Assembly: GCA_026770705.1 (NCBI GenBank)
Contig: JANJGN010000034.1
Span: 6,076,001 to 6,140,000, forward strand
Origin: Isurus oxyrinchus
Lineage: Eukaryota
DNA: 64,000 nucleotides
Direction of reading: 5' to 3'
Position 1 is the first letter of the stretch. Every line of letters starts with the position of its first letter. Both the position numbers and the translations under genes were made by a program. Below, one piece after another: positions 41,301 to 56,000 of this stretch. Under the pieces are notes generated by a model. It saw only the letters and a list, made by a program, of their open reading frames with translations, had not been told where the DNA came from and searched no databases.

Positions 41301-44022
41301 TTCATGACTGTGTTCTCTAAAATAGCATTCAGTATTTTTAATCAGAAGAAAGGTTTAATTTTGTAGTGGGCTAAATTAGGAGAAAATCTTTCAGCTTGTG
41401 GTCGCAGCCAAATTGAGAGCGATTAAGATAGTAGTTTAGCATTAATCCAACCTCACATTCAGGAGGAAAGTATTGATCGAGCAAACGATTAGAATGAGGA
41501 ATTCGCTGCTGCCTGATCATTTGTTACACAGAATTTCGCTGATTTTTTTTTTAAGGCCGAGGACAGTTATCCACCGAGATCCCACGAAAGGTCTATCGAC
41601 TTGATTATCACAGAGTAAATGTTATGTCGATCCTACGAAAACTTTAGTTCAGCATTGTCAACTTCAGATTAATGGCTCCTGTGAATTGTTAAGCAAGTTC
41701 ACCTCGTGCTTGCAGTCTGGCTTAAAGACTATTACTTCCAAAAAATGGCGATGCCTTCCCTTGAGGACGTGTTCGGGTTTGGGCCCTGACTTCAGAAGGA
41801 TATATGTTGATCTGTAAATATCCAGACTGTGTTCCCTCAGGTGGTTTGCAACCTTTCAGGTGCCATGTGTGATTGAAATTGCTCGGCGCCTTCTCTGTCA
41901 ACCAAAGAGCTGAATGGAGTGCGAGATTTAAGGATTGCTGTGTATCAAAAGGTGTACATTTCATGCACTAACTAATAAACCAAACTGTTCATTCTTAGCA
42001 GAATATTAAAGCGGAGTCTCTCAAATCTCCATAAAGAAGCTATTTAAACAACATTGATGCACACTAAAACATCTTGCCTAATTAAACAAAGGCACGGCGA
42101 ATGACACCGAAACATTTCTAGGTTAACACGGATATTAAGTTGTCCAACAAAGAAAATTGATGAATGAAACCATGTCAATGTCTCTTCTAAAAAGCCTAAG
42201 TACGTCACCAATAAAATGCAGTTAGTGGAGGTGTGTCAAATATTTCCAGCTGCATTCACTTATTCAAGCTCAGTCTCCAACAGCAGTGTAAGTTCCAGAT
42301 ATGATTATTAAGAGGATTTCTGTGCCATTTTGATTGCTGTCAGGGAAGATCAGGATACAAAATGGAGCTGTTCTCTAATCTGGACTAGGAAATGCAAGTG
42401 ATAACCTTGATAATGCATTGATCCTTATAAACCAGATGCTTTCTTTCTGTCTTAGAATTGAATGACATTGACCAGAAATACAGTGAGTATTCCATGAGCC
42501 AGCCCCCACTAAGGTGTGGATTTCCTGATTGACTATAAAGCACGTACTGCAGAAAGAACCTATCCCTGGACGGATCGTGTGCCTTGGGGGACAAAATGTA
42601 ATCGAGTGAAGGCATTGAAGCACATTCCCAAGGCATGGAAGAAAATTTGTGAAAGGAAATTGCGGTGTTACCTTCTTCCCTAAAGCTGCGACAAATGTTA
42701 TGTCCTCAGAATTTCCAGCTTTTTAGCTGTGACTTGTGGTCAGAAGATTGTGAATTCAAGTCCAGAGTTAGAAGTTGAGCGCAGGTGCAGATGCTGACAG
42801 ATCAGTGCTGCCCTCAGGCAGCAATATATTGCATGAAGTGCCATGTAGCCGTTTAGTCCATAAAACTAGGCGAGGTCTGCCATCGAATTTGGACTAAATG
42901 ACCCAATGCCATAGTTGAAATAAATGAAGGGAAGCTTTCAACCGATGTCCTGGTCAATATTTACCCGTTAATTAAATCGCACATAGCAAGGCTGTTTCAC
43001 TCATCCTGGGGTCCCTGGTGAGTCGGGCGGAACAAGTATCTGTGCCGAAACAATTCAGTCAGAGTGGTCATTATATCACGAGCATTAGGTTGACAGATGG
43101 ATCGGACGGACAATTGACAGATGATGTCTGATGCAGAAAATTGCGATCACATCATTTTGGTTGGAAGGACGGGGCGAGGCAATGCAAGAGAAAGTGTCAA
43201 AATCTAAATGGCTTTCAGGGTATTTACCCCTGGTTGTCAATGTGAAGACATTGCTCAGGGTAACGACACAGGTTGAATGGACAGTTAAAAAACCAAAACC
43301 GTTCCAAAACTTAATACAGAGTGTCATATAGAACAAAGACATGTAGTTTACAATAAGTTTTAGAATACAGGGCGGGCCTCAATTAGAGAATTGTTTCCAA
43401 ATCTGGACAACATTCTCAAGGAAAATATGTAGGCATTATAGTGTGTGTAAAAGTAATTTTTAAAATTAATTCCAGGGATAAGGAAATGCACTTAGGTCGG
43501 TAGTTTGGACAGTTGTTCGTCACCTTGTTGATCAGAATATTAACCAACTATCCGATAGAGGTGAACATTATCATTTGGATCCAGGAGAGTGTAAACATGG
43601 TAGAGTTGCTCCGTTGGCAAGAACATTCGAAAATCAGTAGAGACCGAGTTAAGGTAATTGACATCATAAACAGTGGCGACATGTGGGAGACATTTTTCTT
43701 CTCCAGCAAGTGCTTAGCATTTGGATTACACTGCTAACGGTGTCGTTGAGGAATGTTCTATAGATGTTTTCAAAAGGGTATTAAATATTCATATCATGAA
43801 GAGATTTACTTCGGAGGAGTGTTACTTGGAACAGCGGGACAGTGGGATGAAATAAAATTAATAGAGAGTTTTGGCACTGCCTCGATGTGTTGGCAGGACT
43901 TTCTATCTGTCTGGCTCCCTCTCTCGCTGTCTCTCTCTCTCTCACTCCCTCGGTATATGTTATACAGCTGATTAGATGGAAAAAGAGACATACATATATC
44001 AATCTATCTATCTATCTATCTA

Positions 44023-44063
<41 letters not shown>

Positions 44064-47000
44064 CATATATAGATAGATAGATTGATTGACAGATATAGAA
44101 ATAGATAGATAGATGGATAATTAAATAGATACATACATACATAAATAGATAAGTAGATATTTAGATAGATAGTTTGACAGATTGATAGAATGCAATTGGG
44201 CCTGACAGTATAGGACAATTCTTTAAGATTTCCTAATGACGCAAAGCATGGATGTGCAGCAAACAAACAGGTTCACAGCAAGCGACTGCAGCAATACATA
44301 AATAGTCAAGCACCATAGGCATCAAGTGCCGGATCGAAAATAATGCATATAACTCTGAGGTGATGTATGTTGGCAACACTGATAGAGGAGGGCAAATAGC
44401 CTTATTGGAATGATTCTTTAGTGCGCAACGAAATAGATAAGCAGCAGAATTTTTTTAAGGTTGTTTTGAAATATTACAAGTGTAACTAGCAAGTCATTCG
44501 GATTAATGGCTTATTATGTGGAGGCATTCAACACAAAAGTAGAAAATTGTGCATAATCTTTCGAAACTTGACGTTGTTGCATCCGGTTATGAACATATAT
44601 TCAGAAGGAGCGACTGATCATTAAGAGGTTGCTGAAGGGAATTGGCAGAATGGTTCCATGAATAAGTGTATTTAAAGACCATGTTAGATTGCTGGACAAA
44701 CGTTTGTTTTCCTTAGCACGTAGAAGGCTGAGAAAAGCTACATAAGTTAATGTCAATTTTAGGTAAAGGGGAAAATGAGATCCAGTTCCGATAAGCTTAA
44801 GGAACAGTGTTTTGGAGGACACTGTTTAACGCTTTGTGCATCGGCGATTAGAAAGTTTTGGCTCTGATGGCTTTGCAAGCGTAACTTACATGCCATGGAC
44901 GAATGCAACTAGAGATTAATAAAAAAAATGAATGGAGGTGGAGGACCTTTGTTAATTAGAGCCCATTTTTGTGTAACCCACCATCTAGCAAGTTGGTGAA
45001 ATGTTACTCATTCAGAAATTTGAAAATGAATTTAAAATGGCACATGGGCTGATTAAATCGACAGGCAGAAAGTTAAATTGTAGAAAATCAAGAATGGCTG
45101 CTCGCATATGCAGAATGCTGCATGGGTTTCACCGGCCATTGGGCATCTGTCACTCCGGATATGTGGCTCCAAACCCACCATGTGCCTGTTAATTGCCATC
45201 AGAAATGGTCACTGAGTTGTATTAAAAGTGTGGCAGAAAATTGCATAAGGGCCGAAACTGGAGAGACAAATCAGGATTGCAATAGTCACCGAGTAAAACA
45301 TTGGCAAATCCAGCCCTGTCCACCCTGTGAAGATAACTTTACTAACAACAGGGGGCTGGTGCCAACAGTGGGAGAGAAATCCAACAGGCCAGACAAACAA
45401 CAGTAATATTTATAATCAGCGTTCCTGTCAAAGGCATGAGGCGGCCAGTAGTCGACAGGCCCAGCAAGATGGCGGCGCTAGGGACTGTGGATGGAACTGC
45501 AATGGGCACATTTAACACCTACTCTGGAACACATGAAGTCACATGACATCAAGCCAAACATGGGCAATGAAACCTTCTGCTGATTACCTCGTACCCCATT
45601 CCACACCCACCCTTGCATCTGATGAATCAGTTCTTTTCCATGTTAAACATCACTTGGAGAAGCATTGCCGGCGGCAATGGTGGACAATTCACTTCAAACA
45701 CCAACACCAAAAATGACTTCATAGCACCACTGCAGACCGAGCGAGATGAGTGCGAAGGGACCGATGTGCTAGGCAGGGTCCGTGGCTCCTGGTGAGGGGA
45801 CAAACAAGATGGGGATACATACCTGGCCTCATCATCAGAAACCTGTCTGCTGCAGGGGCGTGTGTCCATGAAAGTAGCGGTTGCAGTGATCACCGCACAC
45901 TCGTTGTGGAGCTATTGGAGATACATTCCAACGTGTGGTGCCACACAACCACCGTGCCAAAGAGCATAAATTAGAACAGATCTGGCATGTCAGGCTGAGT
46001 TAGCCACGAGGCTATGTGGTCCATGCGCATAAGCAGAACTGTAGTCAATCACAATCTTTAACCTCATGGGCCGGCATATCCTATAGTCTTTAATTGCCAG
46101 CCTGGTTCAATGAAGAGTGCAAGGGGGCATTCCAGGAGCAGCACCAGGCATGACTAAAAATGAAGTGGCAACTGGGTGAAGCAACATAGCGTATCCACGT
46201 GCGTGCCAGACATCATATAAGCAGCATCTGATAGACAGAGCTAAGCCATTGCACAACTAACGGAGCAGATCTAAGCTCTGCAGCACTTTAAGCTCCACGA
46301 CAAGCCAATCACCATCCTGACTTGAAATATATTGTGATTCCTTCACTGTCGTAGAATCAAAATGATGCAAATCCCTCGCTAACAGCACCATGGAAGGATC
46401 TACTTGAGATGGACTGTAGCGCTTCAGGAAACCGGTTACCAACTCATTCTTTAGGACAATTAGGGATAGGCGGTAAATGATCTTCACACCAGTGACGCCG
46501 AGGTCATCTGAATCAGTTAAAGAAGGACAAGTATAGGCTATCCAGGCACTGTCAGGATGACTTGCGAAAGCTATAAGGAAATCACATGCTGTTTCTCATG
46601 CATAGCAACACACTCCTAAATAATACATTTCCTGTCTCGTACTTTGGAAAACTTTGTGCTTGTAAAATGAGCAATATATTTGAAATTACTTCTGCCCTTT
46701 GTAAGGGAAAGTGGATAGGCCAGTTAATACTGTCAAGCCAATAGTACTCTGATTGCTTTCTTCTGGAACATTTCTTTTGTCAGGCGTTTTTTTTTTTAAG
46801 TTCCATGCCCAAATATGAACTCCAAATAGAAAAAAAAATAATTCACATTGAGCAGTTAAGTTTTGCAGTCCAAATAACCTTTACCTGCAGTGCGTGCAGA
46901 GTGCTATTATGTGTGCAATTTGCTTAAATGAAACATTAATTATGTTATTCGTTTCTCCCACTGATGATTTTTGATGGACTTAGATATCGATTTTGTTTCC

Positions 47001-50000
47001 GGTTTCAAGATTATGCTGACACATAACAAAACAGAGGTCCCAAAGAAGAAATGGAAACATGATATTAGAACCGAGCGATACCCATTTTCTGAAAGATTGA
47101 CATGGCTATCTAGAAAACTGAAGTGTGAATGGTGAGTTGAAGTCGTTGCAATTAGGCAAGATTTTCCGATTGAATCCAGAACTTGACCCTCTAAATGAAA
47201 TTAAGTCACTAAGCATTATTGGGAAATTCAGCGGATATATCCACTAACAGTTTATTTATAATGCGGATTCAGTACTGCAAGGTGCACTAATTTAAAGCCA
47301 AATTTGCATGTAATGGCAAGGGAGTGAGAGACAAAGATGATGACTGTCATTTTGATTGGGTTCGTTGAAGCCGGAGGGGCTCGTGTGGAACATAAGAACA
47401 GCTGCAGTGACAATGTGGGATGAAGGCCTGATTCCATGCTATAAAATGGATTTAAATCTAAGAAACAACAAACAGGAGAATTCAACAAAAATGGAGCCAA
47501 CCATATAGCATGGGGTAGGAGTTAATTGAACATACCCTATCAGAAAGATATTTGTCAACATCCAGCGCAATAATGATTTAACCAAGTGCGCTAACATTTT
47601 TAACTCTTAATTTGAATTTAGTTGCTCAGTTTATCTGTAACAGGCCGTCTAAAATGGGCTTTGCAATAATGGCTCAAATTGACAACCTATCGAAGATCGA
47701 ATATCCCTCCTCCCTACAAACTTGAGCAGAAAGATTTAGTCTGAGACTCCAGTGCACCGCCCACAGTAGAGGACTGTGGTATTGGAATTGAAGCATTTTA
47801 ATGGACACCTTTAGTTGAGTCACTGTCTGTCCTGTGAATTGGGGGATTTTTTTTCTTAATTCGATCCTTAGGTTCTGCAGAGAGAGTAAGGTAAGCTATC
47901 GAAGTTGCCCTATCCAAAATGTAATCCTCCATCAATGTCAAAAAAATGGTGACTCGGCTACATCTTATTATTGACTGTGGGATCGTATCGTGCACGAAAT
48001 GGTTGGAATTTCTTCTGCATTGCAGCATTAATTCAGAAGAATGATATTGGCTGCACAGCTTTTTTGGAAGCCTGAAAGTCATGAAGGAGGTGCCAAAATG
48101 CAAATTTTGCTTTCCTCTCTTGCAGAAATAGATCTTTGGGACAAGGATTCAGGTAAACAGCATAGTTTACTCTGCACAACCCTTGTCGTACCAGTGTTGG
48201 CTCAGCCTGTAACACTCTCAATATGAGCTTGGATCTCATGGTTTCAAATGCAGTGCAAAACCTGATCACTAAGACATGGCTGACAATGTTGGTCGCCAAT
48301 AGTATAAGAGTGCCCAGCTGTCGGACGTTTTATCTCTAAGGTGAGATGTTAAAGGAAGACAATATTTCCCCACGCACCAAGGCTTATTTCGTACACATTG
48401 AAGGGTTGTCTCCAATGAATTATATGACTGACACTTAATTAACAGTAATACATACAGAATTCAAGTTTACTATCCAAGTTATAATTGTGGGAATTGCTGC
48501 TTCATTTCATACATTACAGCAACAATTAGAATTCTCAAGAGTCCAAGATGGGAGGAAAATTTCATTGATATTTTCTGAATTCATGTATGAAATGATATCA
48601 ATCAAGGTTCTTGATTGTTCAGTTTCTGAAGATTTGCTGATGAGTCTCTTTGAGCTGGATCTGTTCGAGCAGCAGTGAATGCTGTAATGACATTTTTTTT
48701 TCAGAAAACCAAATGAAAGTATTTGATAAAATGTTCCTATGCTCATTTTCAGAAATAAATTATCTCCAGATTAAACTTCAGAAATGCGGTGAGTAAATAT
48801 TTAAAATTCAGAAAACCAGTAACCTAAGAGTAAAAGAATTGGAGTTTTATGTGGAAATTATAGAAATGAACATACAGCAATGGATAGCCTCCAACTACAC
48901 GCGACCCTGATCTGGATGAAGTGGTTCTGGAAAAGTGAGTGTCTGACTAAGCACTGGCAGGATTTCACCATGCAGATCTTAAGGATCTTCCTGAAATGGT
49001 GGTTACATTTCAACGATGATCATTCATAGGATAAGAGCTCGATCGGTGAGATTAGGAATATGTAAGATTTGGCAGAGTTAAGGTTGTGTGTTATTGCGGT
49101 CAGCCACAGCAATTAAGTGATTGTGGAGAGTTCGGCCAGAGATACATTCGGACTTGTCAGCTCTGTGCATGTGTATCTACAAGTAAGGACCACTCAGGCT
49201 GAGACCAGCTATAGATCGGGTCTGTTCTGAGTGAGGTAGGCATGAGGAGGCTCACCATAGCTGAGTCAGTGAAGGGAGAAATCCAACCTTTGTGTGGCCG
49301 GCTCTGGCTGAATTAGGAACTGGCCGAGTTGGGCTATGTTTCAGCCTGTTTCTACCTGTGAGCAATGATGATTCACTTCCTGTATTTACAATGTAAATTA
49401 TAGGTGCTGGCCTTTATGTGTCAAACCGGGTATTTGTGAGTACGAATTCAGTTGAGCTTGAGGAAGCAGGACATCGGTCTTACTCTATGGAATCATCTTA
49501 GAGATCCAGTATGATCAGGCTGCATAGGCCTGAGTCAGCTATGTGCAATTTTGAGTATTTTTGACGTGTTGGCATTAAGTGTGCAACATCGGTTGGTACG
49601 GAATGGCATAGGAGGCATAATTTTTGTGTGAGGCCTAATTTGAATGATGTCAAGCATAAGCGATATACATCAGTATGAGCTAATATAAATGAGATCAGGT
49701 AGTGTTGAGCTGGAGAAGTGGCAGTTTAAGCTAATGATAATGTAGGAAATGGATGCGGTCAAACCAATGAGAATTACGGTCGTGTGGAATCAACATTTCC
49801 TGAGAGATGGTGTCAGTGAATTTAGTAATAGTCGAGGTTCAGAATGGGTACGTTTGAGTTCAGAGGGTATCGAGTTTGCTTCAGAAGAGAGATAAGGAAT
49901 TGGGCATTGTTAATGTGCTGTATGTTCGAAGTCAGTAAAACTGAATTTACAATGATTACATCGCATATGGGATTGAGATCAGTTAGGAGTTACATCCTGT

Positions 50001-53000
50001 TTGTTTGGTGTTAGCCATGAGTGAGAAACATATTTCTTTTGTTTCTGATTGGACCTGGGTGGGACCAGGCTGGGCAGATATCGGAAATGAATGTAGATTA
50101 TGCTGGAAATACTCAGCATGTCGTGGCAATATTTCTGAGAATGGAACAAGCATTGAAGTTTCAGCTCGATAAGCCTTTCCAGCAGGCAGAAAGGGTCACA
50201 TGGTTATCCAACAAAATAAAAGCAGGTTATCAGACCTTGGTAACATTGTGTTTTTGTGGGTGGTTGTTGGGGACGGTGGGCGTGGTGGCTAATTGGCTGC
50301 TGCATCTCACACATTATGATTGTGGTTACGATTAAAGTGTTTGTCATTGCAAAGCACTTTGGAATGGCTGTGGTTGTGACGTCAATAACAAGCACTATGC
50401 TCTACTTAAATTATAAATTGCAAACTATGATAATGATAATGGAGACATGCTTGCAACATTGAAGCTAAGGACCATCTTAGCTGCATCCAATATTCACTAA
50501 ATAAAAATTTCCTAATTGTGAGGGGCTTCAATTATTTTAGAATCAGTTTTTTTTATCTTTCACCCTTCGACAGAAGAGAACCTAAAAGCGATAGAAAAAG
50601 GTACTGAACTTAAGTACTTCTTGCGCTAAAGACTTGCCAATTAGTTTTGTATGTGATCATTAATTATTTCAACCGTTCTCCATAGGGACTTATTATAAAT
50701 TAATGCAAAAGCTATCAACTGAGGAACTCCGCATGAAGGAATTTGGCAGACTATATGTGGAGAAGATTATTCGTGGGAAACAACAAACCTAGGGGATTCA
50801 TACAGAAAAACATATAACGTATTATGGTATATATCCAATATGGACGGAATGAACTTGATCTTTATACGGAGAATGTCAAACCTCTAGCTGTATTGCACAA
50901 TGTATGGAATGGAAGCTGCATAAATACACATGATAAAGAGAAAGAGAAGATGATCTCAATGACGTGACATGAAGTAGGCTGGATGGAATACCAGGTGAAA
51001 TTTAAATGCCACTGGTTGGAATGCATGTATAATGGACTCTTTTTGCTCTGAAAATGCAGTATAATGTTTCTATTTTGCACGGTTCAAAATGGATATTACT
51101 ACATTTACCCCTCAATAGGCATTTAGCTGATTTATGCTTCCCTTGAATGTGTCAGGTCATCCTACAGGGTATTGAACGGGCAGAAGTTGCATATCAACCG
51201 TTTTACGTTAGCTTCCAAATTTAGTCTTCCACCCGCTGTTAGCTTTTTAGAAATATTATATTTTTTTTCTCAACACGGAAGAATACAGGATATCAACTTT
51301 CTACAGAATGTTGGAATACGATCTCTGAATCCAACCTTCTAACTAAGAGGAATCACAAAAAAACAACTTCCACATATATAGCACGGTTAACATTAAAGAA
51401 CGTTGGCACGTGCATCAAATTGTCATAGTCAGGTAACAATTGATGCAGCTCCGCATAAGGATACACTTGAACGCTTGCCATAAAGCTTGGTCATTGAATT
51501 AGGCATTATGAGGCATCTCAAATGTGGAAAGACATATAGAGGGGCATCGATTCGGAAAGGTTTATTGATACCCTGATGCTCTAGCTGAATTCAATGTTGC
51601 AATATTGTTGCAATTAAAATCGGGGTGCATCAAATGGCCAGAATTATATGTTGGTGAGCTCAGGTGCAGAAAGAAATTACAGAGCTAACGATGGCTGAGG
51701 CCATCGAGGGATTTGGAACAAAAATAATAAATTATCACTTTAAAACCATCTCTTTCACTGGAATGTCCTGTATAGCTGTTGAGGTTCCTTGAATGACTGA
51801 AAGTATGTTTCTGTATGTATTCATTATTTTGAATTGCATGAGGTTTCCGGCACTGCAACAGGAAATTTGGCCCACTGTGCCAAATCTGAGATGCATTCTC
51901 TGTTCGGGGAGCATCGTATCCGAGGCTGTCGGATTGCAAGTGAGTTAGAATTTAGAAATAGTGGAATTGATGCTAATTGTGCGAAGAAACTTGGTTCAAA
52001 ATCGTCCAGAGTTGACAGTTTGATATCGAAGAAGAACATGTACACTATAGAAGCTGGAAAAAAATACAATGATGAAATGGGAACTTCCAGATTGTAACCA
52101 ATGGCAGGAAATGAGCAGCCCTGTTTCATTTATGCACAAAGCAGAGAATAATGTCCTTGTCCTGACAGCTCATCCGACCAATGAAGAAGTGTTGTCATTT
52201 AAACGTAAAGAAAATTCTTCGACCTGCAAGGGAAGTGAGACAGCGTACATCAAAGCAAAATCACCACTAATGCACCCTATCATGCTTTTAGAGCACTTTT
52301 TTTACATAGTGAACAATGACACTGTGGAATTTGCTACATCAAGGAGACGTTGAAGCAATATTATACGATCGTTTAAAATCATTGATGAGGATGAAATCAT
52401 TTTTGCAGATAAATTAGGTACATTCATCCAATTGTGTCGGCTGTCTGCCAGCGCATCTCTTCTAAGCCCCACTCTCCTTTCCTTGTTGCCCAGTACTTTC
52501 ATTTCTTCGGATGATTAGCTAACTTCAGTTTGAAAGCCATTACTGAATCTACCTCGACTAAATTATCAGGCACTGCATTGCAGGTCTTAACCATTATTGT
52601 ATTCCAAATAAATATACGTCCTGCTGCCGTTCTATGCATCCTAATTTTATATTCGCTTGTTCTTGACTCTTCTACAATAGTAAACATACAAACAAACAAA
52701 CTAAGCGCATTGTTAATGCAGTCGTCCCTTCAAGCTTGCTCCACCATTCAGTAAGATTAAGGCTGATCGGTTTGTAACCTCCTGCTTACCCATGATAACC
52801 TTTCACCCCCTTGTTTTTCATGAATCTACCTGGCTCTGCCTTTACAATAGCAAAAGACCTTGCTTCCGCTGCCGTTGGAGAAAGACAGTTCCAAAGACTC
52901 TCGGCCTTCTGAGAAAAAAAAATCTTCGCAACTCTGTTTAAAATGAGCGACACTTTATTTTTAAATGGTAACCCCTAGATCTTGATTCTCCCACAAGAGG

Positions 53001-56000
53001 AATATCCTCTCCACATCACCTCTGTGCATACCCTTCGGGATCTTTAATAATTTGATAAAGCCACCTCCTACACTCCTTAGCACAATTGAATACAAGTCTA
53101 TCCTGTCCAACCTTCCATCATAAGACAACCCGACAATTCCTGGGATTGGCCTAGTGGACCTTCTCTTAAGTGTTTCTAACGCATTTACACATTTCCCGAA
53201 ATAAGAAGGCCAATAGTGTCCATGGCACTCCAGATGTGCGCTCACCAGTGACCTATAGAAATGACGGATAAGCTCCCCGCTTTTGAGACAATTCCCATCC
53301 CAATGAAAGATACAATTCTACAGCTTTCTTAACTGATTGCTATTCCTGCATACTAGCCTTTTGTGGTTCGTACATTAAGACACCTAGTTCCTCCCGAATT
53401 TCAGAGTTTTGCAACTTCTCACCATTATTATAATATGCTTCTTTTCCATTATCCCTGCCAAAAAGGACAAATTTGCCTTTTCCTACTTTATAATCCATTT
53501 GCCTGTTCTTTGCAAAGTCACTTACCTATCAATATTGCTTTATAGCCTCCTTACGTACCACCCCCATAACTTAGCTGTGGAGACAGTTGGAGACATTCAA
53601 CTGCTTTCGATTTAACATTGCCTCTGCTCTACACACACAAAACTGCTCAAGTTATTCCTAGCATCGTTCATTGCATGTACTTTCTTACTGAATCACCAGG
53701 CTCTTTGAAGTCCAACATTTAACAATAAAACACCTTTCATAGAATGAGTTGTATTACGAATATAGACATATTGCTAGCTGTCTGCTGGCTAGGTGGTAGT
53801 TTTCACCTCACTTCTTGAATACACCATCAAAGAATGATATTAAAGGCTACTTACATAACATAACTAGTACACAGCAAAGCGTCCACACTAGCAGGCTTTA
53901 ACCAATTAAGACACACCCACAAACTAAACCTCTATTTTAAAAGATTTTTTTTCCAATAATAACGTTTATATTAATAAGTTCATGACAGTCACGTCATTGG
54001 ACACATGCTGCAGTTGAGGCAGAACGAATGTTTTATAATAATTTATTGCAGCATCTTTGATTTCGTTCTCAATGCCTTTTTAAAAATTATTTTCTTTTTC
54101 TTTAAAAAATCATCAATATTTCTGGCCGTTTAAATGATATTTTCACATATATGCCAATATTGCTACGTTGCTCTGAAATTTTGATTTGTTACACTTTCGA
54201 TTTTGTTACATTCAATTGCTCTGCCGAACAAAATGTGTCACCTCATGCCTTTTTCTTCTGAAATAGAATTCATCTGCAATATGCCTCTCCCTGCCCCGAG
54301 TTGTACTCTGGCGAACAGGTGGAGTTGAAGAACACAAATCTAAAAAAAAAGGATAAACAGAACATGAATGGAACTCATATTAAAATTGAGGTAAAACGCA
54401 TGCACAGTAATGTGAAATAGTACAAGGCAGCTTTAGGCCGTCAGTCGTGGGGCGGAATCAGGCATAGTCAGGATTACTGAGTCATGCCTACTGGGCATCA
54501 ACCTTGTAGTGTATGCTTTATGTCGAAAGGATAGAGTGGGGCCAAATGCTATCTATATTAACTGTGCGTTTTTGAGATTACATTCTATTTTGAAAGAAGA
54601 TACTGCTATCAATAGCAGACATTTTGCATATTTATAGTTGGAAATAAAAGATAACAAATGTTCTGTGACACAACCATAACCCGTCTGAAGTCCACTTCGT
54701 GCTGTGGAAATGGGGTGAGAAAAATGTTGACAAACAAGGCAACTGAGTTCAGGAAAATAAAATAACAATTTGAAAAGATTGAATTGTCTTAATAATAATT
54801 AAACAGAAGAGTTGCTAAAGGAAGAAGAATTTAGAATTACTACAAAGTGCAGGTCGCCCTTTTCTCGCCAACTACCTGAAAGAAACAAGCCAGTAAGGAT
54901 TTTGTGTCGAACTTTTAATGAGGAATTGAACCAGGATAAAGAGGGTCGTTTGAAAAAAGAAATACGAGAAACCAGCTCGGCATTAATTACTGTAATTATA
55001 TTTAAGATGGTGACAGGGAAGGTCATAATTATATCAAAAGCGAGGTTTTAAGGCTGGAGATCACGTAATTTTTATGGGGTCTTTTAGAACTTCTGAAAAT
55101 GACATAAGCAACACATTTGTGAAGAGCAATTTGGAAGGACAATGGGAAACTAAAAAAAAAAATCAACAGAACGCAGGGGTATATATTCAGCAAGAAGGAG
55201 AGAGTAAATCAAACATTTGTGAGACATGAATTTTGCATGAAGACAAAAGAAAACAACAGTCAATTAGGAAAGAGAAATATGGTAATTACATAAAGAGCAT
55301 AACATGCATAAGAGACAATATCAGGAAACTAGGAGGATGGCCGAAAAAGCAGTTAAGATGTCAAAGCGAAGCCATAAAATCATATTATTAACTTTCATAA
55401 AACCAATAAAATATTTTACAGGCTCTTCAAGAAAAAAGGCTGCGATGGGGATAGTGTGATTAAAAAATAGAAAAAAAAATGTAACAAGTAACAAAGGAAA
55501 TATGAATGTACAAGTTAGGAGAATGATTAGGCCCCTCGATTTCGTTCCAAATTTCAATAGGATGATGATAAATATGGCTGTGTCCTCAAGTACACATTCT
55601 CACCTATCCATGAAATCCTTTCAGCCAGTTGTTCGTCAAAGATCTGTCTACCTCTTTCCTGAAAAGCTAATAATCAACCTCCCTGCTTCCAGCATTCGCT
55701 GGTGGAGAGAGATTGAAATACAAACAATGGTCTAAGATGGAAGCACAAAATCTTCCCATGTCCGCCTCAAACTGGAAACACTTTTTAATATTGGCGTTAA
55801 CACAGAATGGTGAGAGGAGAAATGGTTTGGATGTGTTTAAAATACTTCAATCGACCGAACAACAACAGACGATATAAGCCCTGACCCGATGCATGGCAAC
55901 TACAAACTTTAAAAGATTTTGAAGAGGATACATAAAGTGGAAATATTATGCATATTTCATAGCTTGTAAGGAAAAGCTGTAACACCGGAATTCTCGTGGA

